A stretch of DNA of 64,000 nt from positions 434,001 through 498,000 of the forward strand of contig NEEC01000016.1 of the NCBI GenBank assembly GCA_002189035.1. The letters run 5' to 3'. The position numbers and the translations under genes are program-made. The notes under the pieces are model-generated. The model was not told the DNA's origin. It did no database searches and saw only the letters and a program-made list of their open reading frames with translations. Position 1 is the first letter of the stretch, and each line of letters opens with the position of its first letter. The DNA comes from Utricularia gibba (taxonomy: Eukaryota; Plantae; Magnoliophyta). Of this stretch, positions 46,410 to 61,491 are shown piece by piece.

Positions 46410-47661
46410 ATCAGAATGCTGAGATTTTCAACGTTTTCTCCCAAGTCATTCCAAATCTTCAGTCACCAGGAGCTGCATTTCAGGTAGCAGAGTCTAGAAA
46501 GAATGAGTTAGAGGGAAAGTGATAAATTAGGAAGGAATGAGAGCTATCCACCAAAAAAACACTGAAATTTCAGCTCCTCCCTTTATGGCTTAGTTTGTTT
46601 TCTTCTTCCCGCAGCATCATGATACATCCCCCTCCCTATTCCTTCACTGTCATGATCTTGAACTAACAAACCTCATCGTCCGGAACCGGTCCAACATCCC
46701 GTACAAGAAAATGGTCCAGGCGGCTGGTCCCGGTCTACTCCGGCCAACAGCTTAAGCGGTCCCTAGCTCCAAGTACATGAAGCATCATCCTCTTCCCGAG
46801 TGGGCTTTCAGCGGGAGGGCTTTGTTGCCGGCTCTGGTTCAGTACCGTACAGACTCGTCCTTGTAATAGGACCATATTATTCCGAGCCGATCTCAACGCA
46901 ACTCACCTTCTTCCGTTAACCATCTCCGGGAGAGCAAATGCAATGAAGCAGAAGAGGATATTAGTGTCATTTACAAAATTGATCATTTTTACATTCTTTT
47001 ACGTATTTAGGTAAAAAAATTTAATCATTTTTTTCACACATTTTATCAATTAAAGATTATCGTGCACTGTTTTAAAAAATCTAGGGTTAAATTCGATTCA
47101 AATTAAATTAATGTCGTTTAAATAATAATTTCTTTTATTTTTTAAAAATATAATTAAAAATTAATAAATTCAATTCAAAATATTATAATAAAAAAATTCA
47201 CTGAAAGTTGTCACTAAATTAAAAAAATGGATTCAAATTTCAAACACGTTTTTAAATATTTTTATTAAATATATTTATTTATATGAATTCAATAATTGAG
47301 TTAATAATATATTTGAATTATTCATGTGTTGGATTTAATTTTTTTTAGGGGTTAAGGGTAATAATGTAATTTCACAATAGGAAGTTGAAAACTATCCGAC
47401 GACGCAAGAAACGGAAGTATGGTGGGGCCCACGGGAAAAGCTCGCTGTCGATGGCGGGCCTTCCGGAATCCGGACTCCAATCTGTTTATCAATTCCTGCT
47501 TTTCTCCATCCGTTGATTGATTCACGGGAAGGGGAGTAGGAGTAGCTCCCGGATCCTTTTCCGTCACCGATCAGTTCGAGCGGCGGTTGACCTTCAATTG
47601 CCTCCATTTGATTAGATCAACTGCTGTTCCCATCTTTGGTGTCGAGGCGATCGAGCCAACA

Positions 47662-49533
<1,872 letters not shown>

Positions 49534-50005
49534 TGCAACTGAACCAAGTGTTGTTGGGAGGGCTGTTTGTCTCACCTATAAAGTATGTGTGATATGTGTG
49601 ATGTATTTGTTTCTCCTCTGTTAGTGCTGTGAAACTTCGATCCATTTGTGTGTATTCATCGACCGGTAAGCTCCCTGCTTGCTTATTGATTGCTCTTCCA
49701 TCTTTAAGCCTTTTGTTTTTGACAAATTTTTGGGTCTCAAATCAAATTCTATGGAGGCTGACTATCAAGTACAGTATCCTTTCTGCCAAACCAGACAATC
49801 CAAAGACTGCTCTAAGCAGAAATACAAACCAGAGGTTCCTGTTTGAACCAACTGAGCTAATACAAGGCTCTAGAGATAAAAAGAAAGAGGTATTCATGAC
49901 AACAAGTAGACAATAGAGCACAGTGAAATACCTCGTGTTCCAGTAATTTACACATGTCAAAAGTCGTTTGGAGTCCTTCTTTTAACGGTGCTTTTTCATG
50001 GGGGA

Positions 50006-50969
50006 CTATACAGGAACTCTTTTACCACGAAACCGTTCAATGAACTGCAGATCAAATATGTTGCAAAATAACATCATAAGCTGCTTCACTTGAGGGCATC
50101 AGTCATTGTTGAAGATGGACTTACTGATCTAACAAATGGTTGCTGGAAAAGCCATCCTATGATAGGAACTTTTTGTAGAAATACGGCCAGTGTTGGCCAG
50201 AAGCCACTGAAAAGATGAATAAAATTTTGCAATCATCAGTGGATAAAATGATATGCTAATGGCGGATGGAGAAGTTGCATGCCTGAAGAGCACGATAAAC
50301 CCATACGCTTCGACCATCATTCCAATCACAGGCCACCCGATGATCACCAAGAAAAAGCCAACACCAAAGGAAACAGTACCCTGCACACAGTGCATTAAAA
50401 AGTAAGGCAGGATTCTTCAAAGCATGTAACTTTTTCTTCTAACGCAAGACGCAAACCTTAAAGTTGGAACGCTTCATGAAGAATTGGATGCATGATCGAG
50501 GCCCGATAGTCAGTGTCACTCCTGACATGAAGAGGATCTGTTTAAGATCAGATTGATGTTAGAAGAGCATACTAGTTTTCCATGGCATTTATGAAATGAT
50601 CAAGTAGCACACTCACATTCCCCATTGCGATGAGTCCCTTATCAAAGAAGAAAATAATTCCTAAAAATGAAAAGAACACTCCGAATCCCGTCAAACCAAG
50701 TCCAATTTCTGTCATTCCACCACAACAGCAGATTAGAGATTGACCAGCATAACGGAAGATGATAAGAGAATGCAAAATACTCTGAAACAAACATAAATTT
50801 CCCAAAAAAACGCCATACGTTAAGCAACCCCTTTTCAGAAGTGCAGTACAGCTTTTTGATTACTTTCATCCCGGATTTAGGTTTTCCCGAATCATAAATC
50901 TCAAGTTAGAAAACCAAAAGAGAACCGAAGAATCTCACTCTTCAGATCGCTCATCTCGAAGGCCACCAT
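50006..50969 (-). CDS. GOT1: Vesicle transport protein GOT1-like, 6 coding exons
   Basis: MVAFEMSDLK|KIGLGLTGFGVFFSFLGIIFFFDKGLIAMGN|ILFMSGVTLTIG...|SGFWPTL...|FIERFRGKRVPV*. Confidence 0.95.
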
Positions 50970-51714
50970 TTCTGCAGCGTATCAGGACAAGGCTGTTGCG
51001 ACGGCAGCTAAAACATCAAATCAAACGCAATGCCCCAACAGATCAAAATACCACACCTTCAAGAGCAATCAGAAACTGATAAAATTTCAGAGTTTCAATC
51101 CAAGAAGCGAAATAAATCTGAACAATTTCTCCAAAATACCTCTGGACCCTTCCCAGACGTCAGATCCCAATCCAAACGTTGTTCGAACATTGACGAGCCA
51201 TTAAGCCGGTGGGTTACATTCCAGGCTGGGTCTCTTGCGTCTTGGTCTGGACTAACGTAAGGAACACGGCAGAGCTTTCACCGTGGGCTAACCTTCATGA
51301 CTTCGAACTTTAAAGCACCGTACACTGGGCCTAAATAAACATCCTGGGCTGGACCGGGCCCATATGCCTTGCTCCTTCTCAGGGGCCGAGCCGTCTGGAT
51401 GTAGCTTAAAATAATGTGAAAACATGATCATTTGAGGATATATATGGGAAAACAAATATTTTCAATCCTAATTTTTTAATTTAATATGCTAATGAAAAAA
51501 AAAGTAATAATCTAATAAAGATTAAATCTTGAAACTGGAACGAAAGATAGATATTTAAGAACTCTCATTTGATTAACACGAAATTTATAAGAACATGATT
51601 GACAAGAAAACATCACAATTTATCCCCTGATTATAAATAGTAGATTTATAAATGAGAGAAACTACCGAAGGTTAGAGAGTGATTGTCTCTTGGCCTCGTG
51701 TTCAAAAATGGTAC

Positions 51715-53593
51715 TTATGGTGCTTTCAGCAAACTACAAGCAGGAACCTTCTTCAACCCTTTTAGTTTCATTTGCTTTCTAGCATCATCTGTGCCATGGA
51801 TGAACCCTATGGCAGAAGATAAGTTGGCAGCGAGGACATAGTTTGCTCCAACACCAGGCTCTATTTTCAGTAGAAGTTGGACAAGATGTTCATCAGGATA
51901 TATATTGGGGTAATGGTTCTTGCACGCATTCAAGTAACTCCTCAGGATAATAGAGTTTGGCTCCATTGGCATGTTCAGGATAGTCTGGTGTGCTTCTTTT
52001 ATCTTTCCAGCTCGACAGAGTAAGTCGATCATGCATCCGTAGTGCTCCAAAGTTGGCTTGATGCTATAGACATTCACCATTCTGTGGAAAAGCTCTTGCC
52101 CCTCATTCACAAGGCCTGTATGACTACAAGCGGATAATATTGCTGAAAATAGTGTACTGTCTGGATAGAGGAGGCCTTCTTCCTCCATTCCATGAAAAAG
52201 AGATAGAGCCTCCTGTCCACGGCCATAGTCAGCAAGGCTCGATATCATGATGGTCCAACATTGAAGATTCTTCTCAGTTATGCCATAAAAGATGCGGAGG
52301 GCTTCTCGTAGGTACCCTGATTTCGCATACATATGCAGAAGAGCTGTCCGAACGCCAATATGCAGCTCCAACCCAGTGATGAGGAGATGGGAATGAATGC
52401 ATTTTCCGAGTCTTACATCGAGGAGGTTGGTGCAAGCTGCTAGCACACTTACAAAGGATGTTGAATTGGGGTTCTCTTTGGCCATATTCATATCTTTGAA
52501 CACCCTCAAAGCATCCAAATACAGGCCACTGCAAGCAACATAATTCAGGTCAGTGTTTGCTTTTGCTTACAAAAAAAAACTTGTGGTCGCAGAGGTTAAT
52601 ACCAGAAATGATTATGGTGAACTAGCCTATCACTACCATGTCAAAAATAAGAGTCCTTTCTAGAAACCTCTTGGGATGATTCAACAGAAATCCTAAGGCC
52701 TTCATACATGAAAGCATCTAATGCTTACTGCTACGTAGCCAATGCTGATTAGAGCATCTTTACCAGTTTCCGGAAATGCTGTTGTGGCATTTCCGGAAAT
52801 GGTAAAATGTTTTTGGAAACCACTACATTTGTTTTTAATTTTTTACGAAAACAGAAATGAGTAAACTTGGTTTCCGTTTACGTTTAAAATATAATTTATA
52901 CTATTTATTTTAATGTTATTTTAATATTATGATTTTCAGAAATTGATACAAATGTAAATAAAACTTAATAAAATAAACCTAATAACTCAATTTCAGGAAA
53001 TGTCAATTCATCATTTCCAATAAATATGCTCTTACTGATAAGGAAAACGTACCAATCAACATACGCAGCAATGAGAGAACTCCAAGAGACCACATCCCTG
53101 TGGCGCATTTCATCGAACACCTTGACTGAAAACCCACCAACACCACACGCTCCGTACATCTTCAACAGAGTATTGTTCACATTCAAGCAGTAATCATATC
53201 CCGCCTTCAAAACCATGGAGTGCGTCGATCCGCCGCACGCAATCATCGAACAGCGCCCGCACGCCTTGATAACAAAAGAGAACGTATAAGCGTCGGGCTT
53301 ACGCCCACCAGGCGTCCGTAGAAGGTCAACAAACAACTTGATCGCCTCTCCCGGAACAGAGCTCTTGGAATACGCCCATATAACCGTGTTCCATGCAAAC
53401 AGCGGCGGAGGTTTAACAGAAGAATGGTCAAGGAGATCTCTTGCGTAGCGTACAGAAACGGAGGCAGCGAGCAACACGAGGCGATTGAAGTGGAATTCAT
53501 CGTGATCGGGTGAGTTTTGATATGCTGGGAATGGATAACTTGAAGCCCGTCGATAGATAATCGCCCTAGTTTCTGTATCTGGCGCGGTATCAT
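51715..53593 (-). CDS. PLS-class PPR protein with E-type C-terminus (probable organellar editing factor); one intron 53052-52529; probable -1 frameshift near the N-terminus
   Basis: FAWNTVIWAYSK, PDAYTFSFVIKACG, RDVVSWSSLIAAYVD|C, PTLEHYGCMIDLLCRAG, MPMEPN, LKKVPACS; no DYW domain. Confidence 0.9.
52755..52809. repeat. Inverted repeat (hairpin) in the PPR intron, possible MITE remnant
   Basis: tttccggaaatgc (52767-52779) pairs perfectly with gcatttccggaaa (52787-52799); the stem extends via tttacca/tggtaaa and cat/atg with single bulges; 7-nt loop. Confidence 0.75.
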
Positions 53594-54049
53594 CTGCCAA
53601 CTCAAGCGGCAAGCTCTACCTCCACCTCCACCTCCATCTCCCAAGAAGCTTCTTTTTCACATACTCCATTATATCACGTATTAAAATAGAAAAATTAATA
53701 ATGAACATATAATATATCACAAGATGATCACATTTGTAAATTATTCATCCAAGTCCTGTATCTCTGGTGAAGAACAGATCATGGGAAGCAAAAAAAGATT
53801 TCAAAACAGGGGTTTTCCGAGAGGAGCATACAAGAGTCTGCTGGTATATTTACATAATGGCTTACTCCCCCTTGCTACAAGAATACTGATTCATGCATCC
53901 TGCAACATAATCAACAGAGTGGGGAGTGAAGCAAAAGGAATCTGGGGCAGGTAAGAGTACAGGAAGAGAAGATCTGACCCAGTTTGTACTGTAAACCTGC
54001 CTCTAACATCATTGGGGACAATAGTGGGAAGGAGAGATTTAATGCAAAT

Positions 54050-54657
54050 GCAGCAAGTCTTTACCCTGCAGTGAGATCCCTCTCCAGAGGATGAGGATTC
54101 CATTGTCATGCCCATCATTGTTGAGTATGAGCATCCCCTTTTCACAATTCAGATCAACCTTGGGTCAGTGGTGTCCCCTGCAAGTAGCCGGCCGCCGCCT
54201 CAGAAGCCTGTGCGCCTGTGCTTGTGGCTGATAACTGCTGTGACTGAGATATAGGCCACTCAGGTTGCTTCTTAGTCTGTGCATGCTGCCCCTGTTTGTG
54301 CAGCAATATCATGTTGAGGGTGTTAGAAGAACAACGGCATCACAGTGCTTCGATTATTAGATGGGTTTACTACACCATCTGATAGCAGATCTGAAGCATG
54401 CCGAGAATGTGAGTTGGACAGGGAAATAGCCTGAACTAATACGCCTCAGCAGAACTGCTGGTGAGTATTTCCCTCCCACGTTGTGCCTTGCCTGAAATGA
54501 TCTGGTCATTCAGTTGGATTCTTCTGATGAGGTGTCAGGTTCCCTCTGCTACCCCCTTTGCAACACGCTGCTGAGTTTCCAACTCCTGCCGCTGAGAATT
54601 CTGTCTATTAGCTTGTGACAACTGATGTCTGTATTGTTGCTTGCCAGCAGGAGTTGC
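54050..54657 (-). pseudogene. Decayed continuation of the EAF1 coding region after the premature stop
   Basis: The frame after TAA continues ATPAGKQQYRHQLSQANRQNSQRQELETQQRVAKGV, resembling the recalled Q-rich EAF1 C-terminus, followed by further stops and shifts. Confidence 0.55.
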
Positions 54658-57600
54658 TTATACACTGCCACCAGCCTCTTGATTATTTAAAACTCCCACA
54701 GCAGGAACATGACCCTTCTGCTGATGTGGCACCGAATTCATAGAAGAGGATGGTGGCAACGGAGAAAGAGGAACTGGAGAACTTTTCCTGGTTTGTGCTT
54801 GTGAAGCAGCCTGCAAAGTAGATGGCATGGGAACCTTAGACCGTGGCTGCACAGGAGGGATCAAATTACTAGACGCAAACTGCTGCTGCAGTTGTGGTTG
54901 CTGTTTTCCAAGCAGCATTTGTTGCCTACGCCTCTCTTTAGCCAGACGAATGGCATACGCTTGCTGCTGAGGTTGGCTCAGTGCATCACTGGGTTGTCCT
55001 TGAAAAGTAGCATGATCCGGAGAATTCAGAGATTGGTGGCGCTGTGGCGGAGATAATGGAAGAGGTAGCTGATGGTGGATTCCGTACGACACCATGGGTG
55101 GAGCTGTCAGGCTAGGAATGGGAGAATTTAAACTACCGAAGTGAGACACTCCTTGCATATGCAGATCAGGAGACATCATCACTTGCCTTGGCGAATCCTG
55201 ATTCACACCAGACTGAAACAATAGAGAATAATAACATTAGTGTCCAAGAAGAGCTTATAAATCCAAAGGATGCAAGAACACACATTGTGCCTATGCATTC
55301 ATTCAATTATAAAGCCAGTCATGAGAACCTACTAGGTATGCATAACTTTGCAAAAAATTCTCAAGGCATACCCTCATCAACGGTAAGCCATCACAAGGTC
55401 TTGACAAATTGCTTCCATGAACTGTTCCTACTCCAGAATGCATATTGGGTGAACCAACCATGCTTCCAGGACTTGCCATCAAGAAGCTGTTCGTGTGTGA
55501 TGTATTTCTGCCTGGCATCATTGGATTATGCCGCTGGATATTCTGCTGTTCTTCAGCTGGTAAAGGCACACATCTAGGGACCGCATGCCTGCCATCCCTG
55601 CAGCAAACAACCATCATCTTTCACCAACAGAAAACATCGCTGACAGTTTCCAAGGTCCTAAGTTGCGCATTACCTGACAGAAGAATTTACATGGCCAGGA
55701 GATGACGCCATACTATTCCCACCTATCATGTTTGGCTGCACCTGCAATGCAGAACATGCTATAGTTGCAGAAACCTTCGGCTTGGATATACCTTGGTTAG
55801 CAGCCAATCCAACATTAGGTGACCCTTGAAGCCTAGTTGGAGCCACATCAGGTACATCACACAAATCCAAGGGCCTTCAAAGAACAAAGATGGTGGTGCT
55901 TTTGAGATATTTTTCCAATGAGAGGGGGGATGTATCCTCATAAAAGAGGTCAATTTAACAAATATAAAGGCTAAAGAAGCTTCAGTCTTACGTCAAAATG
56001 GATACCCCATTCAAATTACTCGGACAACATCTAGATAAAACCTTTGAAAGAGAGCTGTGAGGTTGCTGAATTTGCTGGGGCCCCTTCAACTAACAGACGA
56101 GTAGATAATAATGGATTAAATGGATTTTCGGAAAGCTCAATGCAATGATGAGAAGACAAGATCGACTGACGAGCAAAAGATGTATGCTACTAGTATAATA
56201 AAAAAAACAGAATAAGTTGACCCTCAAATGTGTGTCACAGTTAGCACTCTGCAGCACCAGGCATGGTAAGGGCAATAATATCCAGTGTCAAGGCAATCTG
56301 CATAATGTTACCTGACTTCTACGAAATGACTGTGTTTCCCCTATCATTATTATCTTCTCAAAACGAAACTTGATACTATCTTCTTCTACAGGCCCCAGTA
56401 AATGTTGAAACAGCTGTCGAGCACTTCCCTGAAACAGAACCACGCATCTGAGGCATGAAGGCGAAATAGAATTCTCTGGGAAAACACTCTGAGGAGAAAA
56501 AGAACTTATCGGGAAAGTAACTAACTCAATACAACAGGAGAAAATGTATATTAATTCCACCTTGGGTATGCCCGGTAAAGCAGAAGGACAAGGCTTTGAG
56601 GATCCAGAGTCTTCTGCACTGTCTGCCCCATCACCAGAGCCTCTATCCATCAAAATGTAGTACCGCTCCTTGAATTCTTTAGCAATATGGAATGTATGCT
56701 GCCACACAGAAAAATCATGTCGAAACGCATGTTAGGAAGACAGACACCCTTCACAATAAAATCTGAAGAGCATGTACTTCATAGGACCTTGAAATGGAAC
56801 ATGCTGTTAAAGGCATCGCTAACAAGCTCCCAGTTCGGACCAAGGTCATGCACCAATACCACAAGTGCCTAAAGGTCAGTACAATACATAAGGCATGAGC
56901 ATTTCTGGTAAATTTGAAAGAACGTAGGCTAAAAAGTAGTAGCAACTCAAATATCAAATAAAACTCAATCTGCAGGCTATACTAAAAATTTTTCAACCTG
57001 GTCACTGAGGACTGACCACGGGTTTGCTGATCTTGGCTCCCCTACAGGTGTCTGAAAAATGATAATGTTATATCCCAGGAATAGTAGATAATATCCAAAC
57101 ATTGAGACGTGCAGTAAATATAAACAGAAACCTTCGGCCCCTTGACTTCCCTGCCTTGATGTTGACCACCAAGAATTTTCACAAATTTATGCGTATCGTG
57201 CATATCACTTGATTGAGAAGTCACGGGAGAAGGACCAGATCCACAAAGTTGGGGGAAATTGTCAGAGGAGTCCCTTGATTGTTTCAAAACCTTTGGCTTT
57301 TTTACATTACTTCGGCAAAATACACCTTCAAATAGTAGATTGAATACTTAGAATGCCTAGAAATGTAGTAAACAAAGAATACCAGCACTGTCAGGAAGGG
57401 TTCCACATTACCAGTATCTCTATTAGATACAAGGTGATTCTTTGCCCTCCTTCTGAAATGATCCACCTGAAAAAGTTGTGAATACATGCTTGATTAAAAG
57501 GACAAAAACAACTAATGTACTAGACCCTTAAAAACCAGCAATCAACAAATGGCATGTTGCTGCCCTGTAGAATATTAATTGTTCATTGCAATATTTGAAA

Positions 57601-60600
57601 TCACAAAGGGCTATAAAAGGTTAATATACGCAGACAAGTAAACCAATGGAATTCTCCGTTGTACCTTATATAGTACCAAAAAAATAAAAAGAAAAAGAAA
57701 AGAAACCTTCAGTGGGATGAGTTCAGGAAAACACAGAGTATGGAAGGACTCATGGTAAGTGCCAATGCGAGATGTTTAAAGTTAAAGAAACCACACACCT
57801 GTTCCTCATGAAAACCCGAATCAACCTGCCATTGCTGATTATAAGCAGGACTCTGGAAAAAAGGTGCAGGAAAAAATATACGAAAAACCTGAAAGCTAAC
57901 AACAAAGATAATAAATAAACTTCACGAAGGTTGCACAGTACCATATGCTTTGATTTTTCCTTTTTAGGCACCATTGATACTTCCATGGATTCAAACTGGC
58001 ATTGCTTTTCAAAATCCCTAACAGAATCAACTTCTAATGTGCTACGAAACACCAAACCACCATGGAGAGCACTTTGATCATCTTGAAGTGAATTTGTATC
58101 ACAACTTGATGCATCCGTTTTACTTTGTAACTGAAATGGTGCGGATGTCCTTAAACTGAGAGGGCTGATAATTTTTCTGGAAGAAGTTCGAATACGTTTT
58201 GCTGGAACTGGTGCATGTAAGGTTCTACCAGGCCTCTTCTTTGACAAACTAGACTGCTGGTTGACTAATTTCACTTCAGTAACCAATAAGTCAGAGTCCA
58301 CTTCTGACAACCCAATGCCATGCCAATGCTTCAAGTGTTTCAACTTTTTTCTGCCATATCTAGAAGGATTGCTATCATCAAAAGTAAATGGCATGTTGAA
58401 GGCGTTGGTTTCTCCCTCATCTTCACCATATGCATTATCTCGGGATTCAAAGTCTGCAGAAGAAAGAACTCCTGTAAATGTATATCATGCATTTGGTGAG
58501 CAACCTAGAGGAAAATAAATTGAGCTAACCAGTTACACCATCACATGCTGATATCACTGCCTCCTCTTGTACACAGTGCCCATATCTCTGAAAATTTAGC
58601 AATTCAAGACATAATACATTAAAACCCATATAGGTTAAACCAGAGTTTTAATTCTAAATTTGGTATCAGAACTTAATTATGGAGAGCATAGAAAAAAAAT
58701 ATCTTAAATAGGATTATAAACAAGCATTCTAAGCTAATTGGAGTCATAAATTAGGCGATTTTGATGAAAATTGGGCTAATATCCTTCCTAATTTTATGCA
58801 CTTTAGCACCCAACAAGCATTAACTCTCCCTGAAAAGGAGGTGACCCAGTTGCACATTCGGATATCGTTGCCTTGGGAACTTGGAAAATTATACAAAAGA
58901 AAGTACAGAAACTTACAGGAAATATGACAAAGAGAAAAATGGAAGACAGGATCCAAGTTATGAGCTAATCAGAATTGAGGAACAGAACACTTACTCCAAT
59001 ATGAGCTAAGTGGGTTAAAACAGACTTCTTATAGGTCTCCATAGCTCCAGAAGGGGCTGTGTAGAAAATATTTTCCTGTATACATTAACAGGATAAAATA
59101 ACTACCCAGGAAAGCTTGCCAACTTCAAACATGGGATAGACATATATTTGAGGTATTCAACCTTCTTAGCTTCCACACATGAGTTTTTGTCTCTTCGCAG
59201 TTGGCAAGCAACAACAGCATCACAAGAAATTTGAGCTGCCGCAGTCATTTTCCACATTCGTTCCTACAATACATGGCATAAAAATTCTCTTAAAATTTGA
59301 TTTTCATATGTGGAAATAAAATGAATGAAATCTACATACAGAATTTCTGAATGACTTTTGACCAAAATAGATAGAAGGATTATGATTTCAAACCTGTGCA
59401 AAATCATTTGACAGCCATGCCATTTCTTCAAGCACATAATCCCATTGGGATCTTCGTCTAATCTCCACTTTTGAAGTCACAACAGAAACCGCTGCGAATC
59501 TTTTTCTCTTTTCCTATTTTCAAATTGGAACAGGTTTTTGCATCAGATGACCAATTTAATTAGCAAGTACAATTATTGATGATGAATTAAAGAAAATTTC
59601 TTAATAATAACCTCTACAATTTGTGCCTCTTTCAAAACTGAATCCTCATCAATAAAACCCGCAGAATCAATCACACTTGACAATTCACCACGGAGGGTGC
59701 TTGAACTTTTGGTATCAACAGAATCTTGATGGTTATTGAGACAAGATATTTCATCAAGCATTTCATTTCGCACAGCCAAAGGATCATCATGATTCCTGTC
59801 AGAGTGCTTGGGGCCAACAGCGCCCATTGCTTGCTCATGCAATGAACCGGTCTCATGTAGACTCTGAGAACAATTTTGATTATACCATTTTACAAGACCT
59901 GAATTTTGTCTTTGCTCAGAGCCTTTCACACAAGATGGCCTATTTGGCGAGCCTTCATTTCTATGTATATTACAAGAGTGGATGCTTTGCACTGCAGCAC
60001 CCATTTCAGCACCATTGCTCCCATCAATATATTGTCCAGTTGCAGAGGAAATTGACTTTGATTGCAAACCCACTGTTTCATGAGAAAAACTGATTCTTTC
60101 CATAGCACCATTTCGATTCTCTTCCTCCCCTGGGATTTTGAAATCATTCACTTCATGAGCAATAATTTGGTTATCAACTTCTCCTGAAGGTAAGCCCAAT
60201 TGATAATCATAAGAAGAAGAAGCCTTCTTGCCTATCACTTGGATCTCCTCTGGTCCAGTGGGGCTCATTTTTTCAGAACTTTTAAAATCTCCAGTTTGCA
60301 TTTCTTGGATGGATGGCGTATCCATAGGAACACATAAACTAGACAAATCAGGATTTCGGGGCTTAGAAACACCTTCAAAGGAGTTTTCCATAGACTTGTT
60401 GCACTTCAAGGAATCAAAATCATGACATTGTTGCAATCCTGATGTTTCATTTTTAACGATTGCACCATCTGAAGGACTAACAGACATTGAAAAAGCTACC
60501 ATTTTATCCATGTTATGTTTTAGCTCTCCACATTCTAAACTCTTGAGATCTCCAGAGCCATGGTGAGAAGGCAACATGGCATGACCACCATGAGCAGGAG

Positions 60601-61491
60601 CCACATCTGCCGAGACAGACCTAATTCTATCACAACTGGGGCGGGACCTGTTTCGCCTCTTATATGCCTTCCCAGATAGATCAAAACCAACTAGATCAAC
60701 ATGTTTCTGAGCCCTATTTACTTGGAGTGGCTGTTCAAGTGGAACAATATCACTCTCGCAGCAGTGTGACAAACCATGACCACGCTTATCAAACTCAGTC
60801 TCAGAAACCAACAAGCGGCTATCAGCACTCTTGGCATCTATAGAAACCACTACCGGTCCATCCCTACATTCCACAGAATCTCCATGTGATGGCGTCACAG
60901 ACACAAAATCCCATTTCGGTTCGCTACATCAGCAAGAAACAAAAAAATAAATAGCAATCACAAATAATCAAAACGAAATAATATTGACATCAAATAAGTG
61001 ATCTGAGACGAGAAATTACTTGGTAACTAGCTGATCATTCTGTTGATCAACTACTAAATTTGACTGAAAACTAACTGAATCAACATTAACCTTGTAATCT
61101 AGGAGGTTTCCACCCTGAAGGAACAAAAAATGATCTAATGATATAAAAAATCACGAATCACATCAATTTGCATTCTTCACCTTCTCAAGAAACTCCAATT
61201 CTTTTATTGTCTCATCACGAGCACAGAACTTTTGTCTGCAGGCGAGAAAAGCAGTTACCACAATCAGGGGAAAAGTCACACTGAAAAATGTTGTAAGTGA
61301 AACTATGAATATTACAAACCAAAACTACACCTGAGCTCTGTATGAACTTTTTCAATCGCTCCTTCCAGTGGAGAATTGTCATCAGCATCATGAACACCAC
61401 CTTCAACAACTTCTCCCATAGAATTACATTTGGCATTGACTACATCACAGAATGATGTCCCAAATCCATTCACTAATACTTCAACAGCCAT
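54658..61491 (-). CDS. EAF1: Chromatin modification-related protein EAF1-like (NuA4 scaffold), divergent and shortened
   Basis: NSMGEVVEGG..AIEKVHTELR, ELEFLEK|GGNLLDYK, HSA start RSQWDYVLEEMAWLSNDFAQ|ERMWK, SANT/Myb ALVVLVHDLGPNWELVSDAFN, GSARQLFQ, QQQAYAIRLAKER. Start codon uncertain. Confidence 0.9.
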
